Below, piece by piece: positions 12,389-25,715 of a DNA stretch of 64,000 bases. The position numbers were made by a program, and so were the translations under genes. Each line of letters begins with the position of its first letter. Positions within the stretch are counted from its first letter, which is position 1. The DNA is from Podarcis tiliguerta (taxonomy: Eukaryota): assembly GCA_965153285.1 (NCBI GenBank), contig OZ229113.1. The stretch is one strand, 5' to 3'. Below the pieces are notes generated by a model. It worked only from the letters and a program-made list of their open reading frames with translations, searched no databases and was not told the origin of the DNA.

Positions 12389-13252
12389 TAGTAGTAATTA
12401 TAGCAACAGCAACAACATCAACATGGAACATTCCGTAATGGGGAAAAAATGAAATTCCTGCGTACCTGGAACTCTGGATACACATTGGAGCCTCTTGAAG
12501 CTTTTCAGCCCAACCAATGCTTGTAAAGATGATTGTTCACTGAGTATTTCATTTTACAACATACTTTTATATGCTACCATTCATCCCCCTCCCCAATCTT
12601 CTATTTCTATCTTCATTTTTAATCAGCGGCTAACTCCAGCTAGAAACCGTGACAATCTCTTTCTTTTAGAATTCCCAGTATGTCACTTCTGTCAGATAAT
12701 AGAAAATTCTCTTTCATTCGTTTAGTCACTGCCATCCTCTAGGAGTTAGACAAACTGTGGGAATCAAGGCTGGTATTTTGATTGAGCTAAACAAACGGTG
12801 GGAAGGGGGATGATGGTTTGAGAACTGAAAAAAGAAATGAAACGCTGGAAATACCTGTAAAATACTCAGCTACAAAGTAACAATTGGTGGCATTTTGTAA
12901 AAAATAAAATAAATCCTTTATTTCCAAATCTGCATGATTAGCTGTTCAAAAAGGTTCTTACGTTACCCTTTCTGCCTTCTAGAAGGGTTTATTATATTAA
13001 AAAGGAAGACATTTGACTGTCTTTCTTTTTAAAGATTAAAAATGGTAGAATTGTTGTCTTGCAGTGGAATTTTCTTACTAAAAAGGCACTGCAGTTCTCT
13101 TGTTGGTTAAATGTATAGTAGTGAATAATTTATTCTACAGCAAAATGCCTTAAATATTAATCTGCATAGGCCACAAAATCTCTTGAAAGTAGCTCACTAG
13201 ATAGAAATACTTTGCAAATATATAATGTCACCAATTGCTATTTATGTTAGAT

Positions 13253-13295
13253 TTAAACTACCCAGGATGCAGTTAAACTACCCAGGATACAGTTA
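13253..13295. repeat. 20-bp tandem duplication
   Basis: TTAAACTACCCAGGATGCAG / TTAAACTACCCAGGATACAG. Confidence 0.9.
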
Positions 13296-14712
13296 CAATC
13301 TCCTATACATTATATGGTCAGATAGACTATTAAAAAGATACCATCAATAAATATATTAAGTTACTTACTGGATCATATTTTAATTTCATTCCTGTAATAG
13401 CCAGACATTTAAGATGATATATTCATTGGTTAAATATTATGAGAAGTAATAGAATTTTTCAAAGAAAACTATGGTTTAACTGACATTATAGGATAGACAC
13501 TAGCTGCTACTATTTTCTCCTTCCTGTCATGTTAGCTTGATAATACAGGAGTAGAGGAACTGAAACCTCCAATGCATGCATTTAATTTAATTTAGTTATT
13601 TACTTATTTTATATATGGCTTTTCAGGCCACCTTTTAAGAAACAGCCTTCATAGGATGTGTATCTGTATGAGGATAGAAATATCTGATATAAATATATAA
13701 TAAATAACCACGGCTAAAATTCTCATTTTCTTGGCCCTGAAGTAGCCTCACTAATTTGTGGAACTTACTCAATTAGTTATTGGGCTCTGGGCTAAAATCC
13801 AGAAACCAATCATAGTTTTAACAGTGGCGGCAGTCAAATATATAACTCTTAGAACTCAGCTTCAGACTGGTTGCTTCAAATTAGGAGATAAAGACAAAGA
13901 TTGGGGAATATGTTGCAAATCATCTGTTTATAATGCAAATTAAGATGAAGATACTGGACGTGTCATGTTTGCTTAAGGTAGCAAGAGTGGCTTCAAATAC
14001 ACTGAAATAGCAAGAAAAGAGCATTATGACATACTAAAAGAGCTATCATGTTCGGAACTCAAATTTGGTACTAGTTGAAATTAAAGAGAATTTCTCGACT
14101 AGAGAGTATTTTCAGCTCTTTGAAAAGTGCCCCAGAACAAACAAGTGTTCTTTTAAGGATCTGCCAGATATGGTGGTGAGCAAGATAAGAGCTCTTAAAA
14201 TCACTGGGAATGCTAAAGTCATGCCCGTGAATCACACACGTTTTTCAGTTTCCAAGATACAAGGCTATATGGCTCTTCATGAAGTTACAGCAATCTGGCA
14301 CCAATTTGGTCCCTAGAGCACTGTTCTCAAGATGGAAATGAGAGTAATAGCTGACAAAGAAGTACTAAACAACTCAGTGGAGTTAAGATAATTGCTATGT
14401 CTTCTTAGCCAGCACCTCTACCAACTGCTAACAAAAGTTCGTTTTTGCTTCAGTGAAATTTTTTATAACTTTTCATATAGTAATCAGCCTTCCCCAGTAT
14501 AAGGTGCAACTTAGATTTAAATAGATATGTGTGAATCCCCAACACAAAATGCGTAGTTTTGCAATTTATGAGCCTCATATAAACATGTAAAAACAATGAC
14601 ATTTGAGGTGTTATACAATATCCTAGTTGTAAAAGTTATGTTATGTGACTGTTATCTTAAAATGTCTTTATGGGTGTGTGGGTGTGTTTACCATTGCTCT
14701 TATGCTATTTAA

Positions 14713-15000
14713 GGCTGGATCTACACTGACCTGTTTAACATGATTAGAACACTATTAGATATGTCATTCTAAAAGTCACAGCGCATACTTGTTAAAGTGG
14801 GGTGGGGGTTTTTTTAATCCTTTTTCCCCATCAAACATCGTCTCCCTGCTGCTGGTTACTGGTTGCTCTGCAGCCTCCTCTGGTGTCACATTTTAATAAT
14901 GCATTATGAATGTTAAAAGTTCATAATGGGCCCATATACGTTATCAAAGCCATTCATTAACTCTTCCTTAACGTTAAAAACCATGAGTGTAGATCCGCCC
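14713..15000. mobile_element. PIF/Harbinger-type MITE
   Basis: TIR GGCTGGATCTACACT / AGTGTAGATCCGCCC (13/15); TAA TSD at 14710-14712 and 15001-15003. Confidence 0.85.
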
Positions 15001-15003
15001 TAA

Positions 15004-15103
15004 GTCGTATTCGGAAGAGACTTGTTGAAATTAATGGACATGACTCATTTAGGTCAATTAAGGTCAATGAGTTTACTCTGAACACAATAGTTAGATACAA
15101 CCC
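15004..15103. mobile_element. short palindromic repeat element
   Basis: Imperfect palindrome centred on TTGAAATTAATGGACATGACT; related to 20562-20681. Confidence 0.5.
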
Positions 15104-15929
15104 AGTCTCTGATTAAACTTTATAGCCTTTGATATAAGGTGATGGTGACATGTTGCAGCAGGGGGCAAAATGGCCGGCCTGTATGGTTGAGCCTGTATGG
15201 TTAAGCATGTTGCCCTTATGAAGAACAGCACAGAGATAAAAATGGGCTGGCAAGCCTGACAGCAGGCAAGGACTCAAAGAACTGTGGTTTACAGGGGATT
15301 ACTGTGCCAATTTGCAGATTATCAATTTGGAATCCTTTATTTAAAATTCTTGGATTTTACCCAGAATCCATTTTACCCAGAGGGTGGGCGGGCGAGGAGA
15401 CTAATCTTAGCCTCAACGCGCACTCCTGCTCATCCACAGAAGCATCACAAATCTTTTCTTTCAGAGCCAAAGTAGAGATGATCAGGAGATTTGTGCTGAA
15501 GATTTTACATACCTTTGGTGGCCTTCCAACTAATTAGCACCCCCTTCCCAAGTCCACTATTAGCTCGATATGGTTTTTTTTTTGGGGGGGGAGGGGGCAC
15601 AGAAACATCTATTGATGTATTTTTCTTTCCCACATAGCTGCCAACAGCTTTGGTGCTGGACGGGGATTTCCAACTTTGTACTTAAAGGGGAGGGAAATCA
15701 CAGGGTTTCCAGGAGTCATTGTTTTCTAATAAAAGTCAACCCATTAAACTAGCTGTAATCATTTTGGCTGGAGAACTGAGTTCATACAATGCAAAAACCT
15801 TTAAGAAGTTGGAAGAGGCACAATAAATGTGATAAAATATGCAGTGTATCAGGAAGGTAAGTAGCTCACAATCTCTAGCACCCAGGAGCTGTCAAATGGC
15901 ATACATATCGGGAAAGCCCAGCAACCGAT

Positions 15930-16590
15930 TGCGAAGGGATGACTTGCATTTTTTTTAAAAAAGTAAATTGAAAAATGTGACGTTGCCATCCTTTTGATAT
16001 CTCAGCAGTCGTTTTGATCCAGACATGCTGTGAGTATGATGTTTATTAACCACTTGGAACATGTGAAGTGGAAAGGCTGTTACTTTAATCATTCTAACCT
16101 TGACTGACTCAAATCTGTTAAAAGTACGCAGTGCTGCTTCCTCAAGCCATTTCTCCTTCCCCCTGCCCCCGGGACACTGCCAAAGGAAGCCTTTCGCTTC
16201 ATTTGTCAGATACAAAACTCAGAATTTGTTCTTCCAGGCTGGATTGTCATAGGCTGCTGTATTAATTAAGGAACAAACTTCAAATGCTTCCACTTCTGGG
16301 TGACTTGTAAGCACATTAGCCCTCCTGGGCAGCTTTCCCAACTGTTATCTCCCTTTCTCACCATGCTCCTATCTTCAGCATCACACACAGGCGTCTCTTT
16401 TTTCGCTTCTCTGCAGTGGATTAAAACTTATCTCTGCTCAACAATGCCTCAAGATCGCTTAAGCAGCCTGGCATCTCTTTCTTCTCTGGCCTGTCACAAA
16501 GACAGGGACACATTTGTCAGCATTGTTTGGAGATTTGGTGATCTTTGTAATTTATTGCAGAGAAGAATGCTGGTATTAAAGCAAACTGCT
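15930..16590 (+). pseudogene. degenerate hAT transposase C-terminus (dimerisation domain) fossil
   Basis: LTMLLSSAS..SFFASLQWIKTYLCSTMPQDRLSSLASLS matches the hAT consensus LTLPVSSASxERSFSxLKRIKTYLRSTMxQxRLSxLALLS; weaker upstream LSSRFD; no TIR or TSD seen. Confidence 0.75.
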
Positions 16591-16729
16591 GGATTTTTAG
16601 TTAAACTCAAAAATCCAAACAAATAGAACTGAGATGTAATGGAATCAGGTGGAAGGGCATGAAGCCCTTGTACAGCACACAGTTGTTGGCATCTATCTGT
16701 ATTGGGAGACAATGGAGTCAAATCCTGTG

Positions 16730-17330
16730 TTAGCAGTACCAAAGTGACCTCCCTGGGGTGCAAGCCCTCGCATTGTGTATGGAGGTCTTGGGTTGCCCAG
16801 ATGACAAGACTCCCCTCTCAGCCTCACTGATGTGGTCCAATGGAAAGCAGAGCAATATGCTTGGCACCAGCTTGGCTTCAGGAGTTGCCAGAAGGATGTG
16901 TACAAGGCACCACCCAACTGTCTTAGGGACTCCACTCCAGATTTGTGTAGGTTTTACTCCTTAGCCTTTTCTTCTCTAGAAGATATCCTGCAAGGCAGTT
17001 GTGGCTTAGGACCAGAGTTTTACTTTTCCTATATGGGCTACCTTCCCAAGTTGACAAGCCCCATCTGCCCCTAACCTCCCCTCTACAGCAGAAGCTGCCT
17101 TCTTGACCAGTGGACCCACTATTGGTTTTGTCCGCTCAATCCATTGGAACCTGTCTTCACATGCAGGGAAAATCCTTAACACACCGAGGGTTTAGCTGCC
17201 CAGAACACATCTGGTTTAGCTGCCCAGTGGAAGCCATTCCTGGGGTGCGGTCAGTGTCACATGGTTACAGCTTCTAGGAGCCATAGGTGAGAGCTGAGTG
17301 CAGGGTGGGGAACAATGGTGCCCAGAAGGA
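16730..17330 (-). mobile_element. probable RTE-clade LINE 5' UTR fragment
   Basis: GC-richer block with GGGCTACCTTCCCAAGTTGACAAGCCCCATCTGCCC, recalled from RTE 5' regions; no ORF support. Confidence 0.5.
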
Positions 17331-18779
17331 GCACAGCATGTCTCTCCTATAACCCATACACCCTGTACAGTATTATCTTGATTTACAACAAATAGACTGC
17401 ATTCACACTGTCCTTTATTCCACTTTCATGACAATTCCCTAACTGTTCTTTTCCACATTCCACTTCCAGAACTATAGTGAAAGTTCATTTGGGCCTAAAA
17501 TAATTATGTTTAGCAGCAGCCAGGATCAGTTCTGCTGAATCCACTCTGCTAGCCTGTTATCTTCAGAGCAGAGTTTTACAAAATGAATGACCTTTGCTTT
17601 TTGCGGACATTGTCCCTTCTGGATAACTACAGCTGAGCTTCTCCACAATATACCCTAGAGAAAGAAACATTTAAATTTTGTGGAATCTAACACTTGACTT
17701 CATTGGGTGACAGCTTCACCAAGAATTTGCATAACAGTAATCCTTTCCTGTGTTGAAATTAGTTCAGTGCAAGATTGGGTTGGCAGCAATATTAGGTGTG
17801 ATTCCCTAGGCAGTAAATGTAACAGAAAGCGAGGGAACCCAATTCTTTCCACACAACCCCCTGCTTGTTTGGTTCCTCCCTGCTGTTGTTTAGCGTCTGC
17901 TTTCTTTATTGCATTCAGAGAGGGAATGTTCCTCCCAATCAATAGAATCAGAGCGTCATTCACAAAATACCAAAATCAGTGACCTTTCAGACTGCAACAA
18001 TTGAAAAGATTTCTCTCCCTCTCCTTTGCAACAGTAAATGGCCTTTTCAGTCTTGTTCTGCATTTATTCTGCAAAGACAGCAGGAGACTGTTTCCAGCCT
18101 GGTGTTTATTAGTTTTTTGTGTTCAGGATGATTAGACAAAACAAAAGGTATAACTGTTGCTTTTCAATGTCATGGATTTCTAGAATGCATTTATAGTCTC
18201 CATAGGTCACCCTTGCTGAGTATTATTCAGTGCTATGGCATGCCAATTAAGCTAGTAAGTATCACTATGGGATGATAGCTCAAACGTATTACCAACAAAT
18301 CACAGTAGATACAAGAATGCAGGTACAGATACTTATTGTTGGATAACGTTGAAGTGATCTGAAGGAAAACAAACACACCGACGATCATTTCTGTAATGTC
18401 AGTCTAGAAAAGTGCACTCCAAAGTGATTGGCTAAGCGAACCACAAGGAACACATATTCCATCACTGTTGTTTGATTTTGTTGAGCAATTTGCAAAGGAG
18501 CTGTACAACTTGAGAAAATAGACTTGGGGGGGGGGGACTGCTTGTTCAAGTCCAACTAATAGCGAGCAAGTGAACATCCAATATAGTTGAGGAACAACAT
18601 TAGGTAGGAGGAGGAACTGGGGGCACATAGTGGAGGATACTTCTGCCACATTAAAAGCTAGGTTGCACCAGCCACATTTGATGAGGCTCCCTGCAGACCT
18701 TCTCTTTGCAACAGAAGGCAAGTATGACTCTCATGGGATACCCTCACCCAAGCTTTCAGAGTCCATGTGTTGAGACAAA

Positions 18780-19250
18780 TAGAGCAGTGCTATTACTTCC
18801 CTTGATCTGGACACTATACTTATTTTGATGCAGCCTAGAATAGCATTACCTCCTACGGCTTCTGCATCACACTGTTAACTCACATTAAGCTTGTGGTCTA
18901 CTAAGACCCCTAGATCCCTTTTGCATATACTACTGGCAAGCCAGGTGTTTCCCATCTTTCATTTGTGCTGCTGGTTATTCTTGCCCAAGTGTAGAACCTT
19001 ACTTTTGTTCCTATTGAAATTCGTTTTGTAAGTTTTGGCCCAGTTCTGCAATCTGTTATGGTAATCTTGAATCCCAATTCTGTCTTCTGCAGCATTACCT
19101 ACCTTGCCTAGTTTGGTGTCTTCTGCAAATTTGATGAGCATCCTCTCAGTACCTTCATCCAAGTTGTTTATAAAGATGTTGAACAACAATGGGCCTGTCC
19201 CAGAATGATGACCACTCTTTGGGTTTGGTCAGTCAACCAGCTACAACAAC
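18780..19250 (-). mobile_element. CR1 LINE RT-domain fragment
   Basis: LFNIFINNLDEGTERMLIKFAEDTKLG...NKSKVLHLG. Confidence 0.93.
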
Positions 19251-20392
19251 CTTAGGAGGGAAATCCTTCTGTAGAAGGATTCATCTTTCCACTTCCCTTT
19301 TCCTTTCCACTGATAATCTCAATGACTGGCTCAATTATTGAAAAATCTTTCAAGTGCTTGGAATTTGCCTAGAACATCAAAGACAGTGAAATTATGCCAA
19401 CAAACTCAGCACACAGCTGAATCAATAGCAAATGAAAGGGATACTGGGTTAGAATTAAAAATAAGAATAGAAGTGACTTTATAGTCATATGCCTTACCCA
19501 GCTCCAGGCTGTGGAAAAACTATAATCTTCCTTTATGTTCTCAAGTGACAAAACATGATTTATAGCTCAAAAAATGTTTTTAAATGGATTTATAGCAGTT
19601 GTGCTCATGAAAGCTGCCTGAATGACAGCAGACCAGATTGAAGTATTCTATTTTTAAAGAGAATTGCGGCTCAGGCAGGAGTGGCATTAACTTCCCCATC
19701 TCCCTGCTTTGGGGTCATTATTAGCTAACAGCTGCTAAACAAGACACACCTGAAATTATCACTACACACGAAAATATGTCTTCATGCTCCATTCCTTGAA
19801 ATAAAAGCAAGATGTGATACTATGGTCTGTTACATCATATTTCAGAGAATAGGCTGGTGACCGGAAAAACCATTCAAGAAAGCCATGAAGTATTTCCATT
19901 TTACTTTCTTATATAAAATAAGATTCCCCACCTTGCAAAATGTTCAACGTTGTTGGAAGAAAGATTTGAAAAATCACACTTTGATTTTTAGCAACACTAT
20001 GCTATTAGCAACACTAGCATATGAACATCTCAGCTCTAAAGCTACACAGAAACATTTTGTTCGATGCACGTGGGGCAGCATGATTCATCTTGCCTCATGC
20101 TAGTTCTCATAGAATTGAATATCACCTCTCATGGGGGGGTTTACATCAGCTCTCTTGAATTGAAAGAATGGGGGAGCTGTGGGTTTGGAGGGGCTAAGTT
20201 TTTCCTATCCTTAATAAGCTCGTTTTGGTGGTGGTGGAATCAGGTCTGCAGGGTATGCTGACAGTGGGGCAGAGTTAGTTCATGTGGTCCTGTAGCCCCC
20301 TAAAATGGTCTTCCAACGTGGAGGGTTGTATGAGCCCACCCTAGTTTAGTAGCATCAGGCTTACACTGACATAAATAATGCTCTGGAAATAA

Positions 20393-20555
20393 CAGATGGT
20401 GTGTCTGGAGTGTTGGACTGAGAGTGAGAAGACCCAAGTTCAAATCCTTGTTCAGTCATTTCACATACCAGATGGCCTTGGATTAATTTCTCTCTATCTC
20501 TCTCCGCCTAACCTACCTCCAAAGGTTGTTGTAAGGATAAAACTGGAAAAGAGGA
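20393..20555 (+). mobile_element. tRNA-derived SINE (Squam3/MIR-like), old
   Basis: B-box-like GTTCAAATCC and core CCTAACCTACCTCCAAAGGTTGTTGTAAGGATAAAA. Confidence 0.72.
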
Positions 20556-20561
20556 CACTAT

Positions 20562-20681
20562 GGGATGGTATTCAATGCTAGGCTGACTCAAAGTAGACCC
20601 ACTGAAGCTATTTGACATGGTTAATTTAGGGTTATTATTTGCAATAAATCAACTCTGAGTTGAACTTAGTTGAATACCACC
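20562..20681. mobile_element. short palindromic MITE
   Basis: Terminal inverted match TGGTATTCAA / TTGAATACCA. Confidence 0.6.
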
Positions 20682-20827
20682 ATATGTATGCTCAAGCTTG
20701 ATTTGATGCTTGCTTTGGGTGCAAGAGATTCTGAATTCAATTCCCAGACCAGCTTATGTAAACTTGGGTGGGGGGAAGAGCCACCACAGTTCATTGACTG
20801 TAGTTCTATTGCAGAATGCATGCTCTA

Positions 20828-21026
20828 TCAGGGAAAACTGCTTTGCAAATGTTTGTATATTGGACAAAATTGCATGTAAAAACACTTATCGGAGAAATTC
20901 GCATAAGAATTTTCATGAGAACTTTTTAAAAATGGCAAAGTGATGAGCAACTGTGGAAAACTGAATTTAAGACTGGAAAAAAGGAGAAATGGGCAGAAAT
21001 GAAAATTGAGATATTTTCTCATCCCT
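20828..21026 (+). mobile_element. hAT-like MITE right-hand fragment
   Basis: Ends CATCCCTA; reverse complement resembles 1058-1300. Confidence 0.65.
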
Positions 21027-22233
21027 AGTTGGCAGAGACTGAATCCAGGTTCTCCCTATTCCCAATAAGTGATTTGTGTTGTCTGAACAGACCATAGCAA
21101 AGGCATATTTTTATCTTCAGTAGGAAGTATCCTCATGTGCAGCTTACAGATATGAGCAGTGATCTCTGAATCAGCACCAGTGCAAGGTTTCTTTGCTAAC
21201 AGTATGAATCTCTTTCTCCAGTGCAAAATGACATGAGTAATTTTATACAATTATAATGGCCGTGGATGAATAAGATAAGAGCTATTTGATTTATTTATCT
21301 AGTCATGTTTCAGTATGAAGGATGATTACTTCAGTATATTTGCAGTCTTGGAGAGAACAACCCCTCCCCGCCCCCGATCAAGAATGGACTTGGGATTATA
21401 GTAATAAGAAGAAAAGCCTTTGCAATTCTTGGCACTCTGCTCTACCAATTACTTGCAATATATAATTCCAAGATTTTCATTTTTCTAGGAAAACAAACAA
21501 ATTATAAATGAGAGTAAATGACAGCAAGCTTAGTTATATATTTCATAAGACAACACATATAATTCTGCCTGGATTTCAGCTGTGAAAAGTCTGTGGTACA
21601 AACCACTAACGATAATTCACAGAGCACTTTTAATTTGCAAAGTGCTTTCAAATCTTTATTACATTTGGTGTATTTTATTTGCATAAAGGAATTGAGCATT
21701 AATTCCATTTAGTAAGTGAAGAACTACTGAGGTACAGATGTATTTGCAAGGCCATCTAGACCAGAGGTGTCAGGAGTGGGTGGCAAGAGAAGTCAGCAAT
21801 AACTTACCGCATCAGTGAAGAAATAAGACAGCTCAGGAGGACAGGCCTAGAAAACACAGCAACTCTTTTCAGTAGATCATTCCCCTCTGAAGCAGTTGGG
21901 CGGACTGAAGGTCCCCATCTTCCCACTGCTCCCTAAGTCTCCTAACCCCTTGATTCCTTCCCAAACAATCTGAGGCTCCTTCGTCTTGCCTGCCTTTGCT
22001 CCTCCCTCTTCATACCTCTTGTGGCCCCACAAAATCCCCTTCCAGATTTGTCCCTATGTTCACATTTTGACTACAGACCCTGAATACAGTCCTTGACTTG
22101 AACATTACTCAGTGCAAAATTTGGTTGCCAAATTGTTATCTACTTCTGGCCTAGAGAATCCACTGGCAAAGGTAGGAGGAATTGAGCTAGTGTTAGCAAG
22201 AACCAAGTCACACAGACTCTTAAGCTACCACAT

Positions 22234-22590
22234 GTTGTTTAGTCATTTAGTCGTGTCTGACTCTTCGTGACCCCATGGATCAGAGCATGCCAAGCACCCC
22301 TGTCTTCCACTGCCTCCCGCAGTGTGGTCAAACTCATGCTGGTAGCTTTGAGAACACTGTTCAACCATCTCGTTCTCTGCCGTCCCCTTCTCCTTGTGCC
22401 CCCTTCATGGTGGTGAAGGGGCTTGAATAACTCAAGAGAAGCTATGAGCTATGCCGTGCAGGGCTACCCAAGATGGACAGGTCATAGTGGAGAGTTTTGA
22501 CCAAACGTGATCCACCTGGAGCAGGAACCGGCAAGCCACTCTGGTATCCCTGCCAAGAAAACTCCATGGACAAAGACAACAGGCATATAA
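22234..22590 (-). mobile_element. rearranged Bov-B insertion (3' end plus inverted 5' segment)
   Basis: 22234-~22402 matches 720-897; ~22403-22590 resembles Bov-B 5' region in opposite orientation; 12-bp TSD AAGCTACCACAT at 22222-22233 and 22591-22602. Confidence 0.88.
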
Positions 22591-23644
22591 AAGCTACCAC
22601 ATACAAATGTAATATATTTTTAAAAACTGAGTCTCCAATTCTGCACATACCAATGTGGTAGGAAGTCTTATTGAAGTCAATGTTTGTTAAAGTCTTTGTA
22701 CTTAATGGGTTCAATCCAGTGGTTGTGTTAAGTGTAAGGCAGTTTGAGAAACCGACTTTTCCCTGCCTCTGTGGACCATTGTATCCCTGAAAAGTCTTCC
22801 CAGAAGATCAGAGGGGAGGGTACTGAACATTGTCTATTATGTCACAAAGAAATTCTATGGGGAAGTTTCCTAAAGACTGACAGCCAAATCCTGCACCAGT
22901 GGAGCAACTTGCTTTTGCAAGATAGATAGATGGAGATTTAATCAGGATTTTTCTTTTAAGTGTTAATGGATGTATCTTTGTTTTGTTCCTATTTATTTTG
23001 GGGCTGATCTATTAAATCTATTTTTGTTTTACTGTGAGTGAAATAAGGAACAAGTGGAATAAGTGCTAGACAGATAGAAGAAACACTAAAAATTCACTTG
23101 AAATATGTTGTAGCCAAGAGCATCAAAAATTAAACCAGATACTTCTTGTTTTTGCTAAGGATTTTTTTTAAAAAAGGTCTTAGTTTGAGATGCCCCCCAG
23201 TGAGAAAATCCCTTATGATTAATTTGAATGCCAAAAGTAAACACATGAAACCACACTGGAGCAACTGTCAGCTTAGTTATCAATACAACAAAGGCCCTAT
23301 GATAAGTTGTCAACAACTTATTTATAGAACAGAAGATACAAAAATATATGTTAATATTATAATGCCAAGTGAGGCTTATATCAGCTATGCTGAAATGTCT
23401 TTGTGACGTGCGTTGGGTGGGTGCTGGGAGTCTACACTTTTGTTTACATGCCACAGAACAGATGGCTAAAGCTGTAATTTAAAAGAAGTATACCTTTCAA
23501 TAAAGGAATGGCTCCCAAGGATTTTACTAAGGAAGTTCACCAATAATAATACAGACATCACTGATCCTTGTCAGTCTCATTCTGTAGCACTTCATTCATT
23601 GTTCCCACAAGCTCATTTCTGGCAACCTGGCAGATCAAGTTGAG

Positions 23645-23915
23645 TAGAATGGGGGAGAAAATATCATTTAAATGCAAAAGTATCTAATTCACATTCTGTG
23701 AAACCATATGCAAATTAATACACAGCAATCCATCACAATTTGTACTTTTCTGAATTGTGTAGTGTAGTCCTTTAGTCAACTAATGTATACAAAAATGCAT
23801 GTACTGGGATACAGCGTACAAATAAAACGGCATATAGTAGTGAAAGTAGCACACAAAAATCCATTATTTTAGGGGAAATTGCTTTACAAAAATGTGTATA
23901 TTGGGCAAAATTGCA
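23645..23915 (+). mobile_element. hAT-like MITE left-hand fragment
   Basis: Shares GGGGAAATTGCTTT..AAAATGTGTATATTGGGCAAAATTGCA with 20828-21026. Confidence 0.6.
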
Positions 23916-23950
23916 CTGGGGTGGGGAAACCCAGTCAGATGGGGTGGTAT

Positions 23951-23982
<32 letters not shown>
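23951..23982. repeat. (ATC)n microsatellite, probably the tail of a short L2 3' end (23917-23950)
   Basis: About 10 ATC units after GGGGTGGTAT. Confidence 0.9.
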
Positions 23983-25695
23983 TTGTATTTATTAGTTGTC
24001 CTTTTCACATGAAATGACTCAAATTAATTTACAGAGTAGTATAAACAATAAAACCAAAGCAGAATGAAAACCTTAAGAACACACCCAGTTCGGATATTTA
24101 TGGATGCAACATGGTGGCCCACGATAAAGTTCATTGGGAAGACAAATGGCAAATATTATTCTCCTAAGCACACTTACTGGGACACATAGAATGGTCCAAG
24201 TAGAAATGAGGTACATTTTGTACTTGTGCACACTTGGACAGAATGTTTGCAAAGATTCAAGCTTTTTGCAAGAGTTCAGTTCAAACACTCAAGAAAAGCA
24301 CATCAGGTGTGCACAAAGCATCAATTGCTTCCACCATCTCTCTGTTCTCCTCGCAGCAACTTACCCTATGGCATGGGAAGGCAACAGTAGCAGTTAGCAT
24401 TCCCACAGGAGGACAGCTTTTCCCACCAAAGTTGGGAACAGGAATTACCACTTTTCAGAATCCCCAGCATAAATTAGTTACATGATATCAGTTTTTCACA
24501 GAGGATTCTGGAAAGAGTAGTCTCAGGCCCATCGCTAATGGGAAAATATGATCCAGAGTGCCAGAGGAACACTTGTTTCCTCACTACCAATGCTGGAATA
24601 GGAGTTATGTGGCCTTTGCAAAGGGGAGCATAGTGCTCCTTACAGGACTGAGCCAATTGGACACACGGTTTGTTCATGGTAATTCCAATAGAGGGCTCAT
24701 GACACTAACAATTTGTACATATATTTCTGATTCTGTACAGATTTCACAAGCTACTTTCAATATCACTTAATTTCATGTGGGAGCTATTTGCCTGAAATTT
24801 TCACCTCCTCCACGCAAAAATTGTCATAGTTACCACATTAGAGAAAACTGTTCAACAGAGCATATGATACATAAGCAAGAGGACAATTTGTTTAGAACAG
24901 AACAATTAATTTATTCTGACAGATAGACCGATATTCTAATTACTTCAAGCAATATTGTTACTCTGGTTGATAGAAATTATCGAACCTGCAGGATTCCCCA
25001 AACCTGCAACTGGATCTCAACTTTGCAGGAATTTTAAATCCTGCTTTAATTGAAAATAGCTGAATATATTGAGAGCATGTAATCTGCTACCAAGCTATAG
25101 GCTGAAGACTGATCTCAAAAATGAGCTTGAGCTTCCATAACTACAGACTGTTAGGAGGTATGAAAGAACACAGTAGATTCCCCGAAAAATTGTAATATAG
25201 GACATGGTGGTTTTCGATAGCCTAATTGATATCTTTGGGTTGCCCTTCAAGACTATGGTTTTATTTCTGCTAATGTGGTCATTCCAGTCTCTTTGATGGC
25301 TTTAGCTAAGATTGTTAAGTATCACTTCACATGACTAAAAGGCACAAGTGATTGGTTGCCACAGAAACTATGAGCTATTGATGCTTCCAGAAGGTGGGCT
25401 AAAGGAGGCAGGCATTCCCACCTCTGCTTACTGGAAGTGCTGAGATTGGTGAGTGTATGAGAAACATGGACTTTCTGTGCTGAATCCAAAGCAATTGCTT
25501 TGGACAACAAGATCTGTTACAATACAAGATCTGTATTTATTAATTTGATTTCTTAACTGCTTCACAGTAAGTCCTAGGGTGCTTCACAACATTATAGCCA
25601 TATCATTATTAAATCAGTTCCAAAGAAAAACAGAGCAGTATAGATTAAAAGAAATAAATAAATACTGTAACAGACAAAGGCCAGATATGCTTACC

Positions 25696-25715
25696 GTGTG
25701 TGTGTGTGTGTGTGT
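25696..25715. repeat. (GT)n microsatellite
   Basis: 10 units. Confidence 0.95.

Noticed and set aside
24134-24770. Overlapping short ORFs, one frame stop-poor over about 180 codons
   Set aside because: No motif or splice structure; compatible with chance
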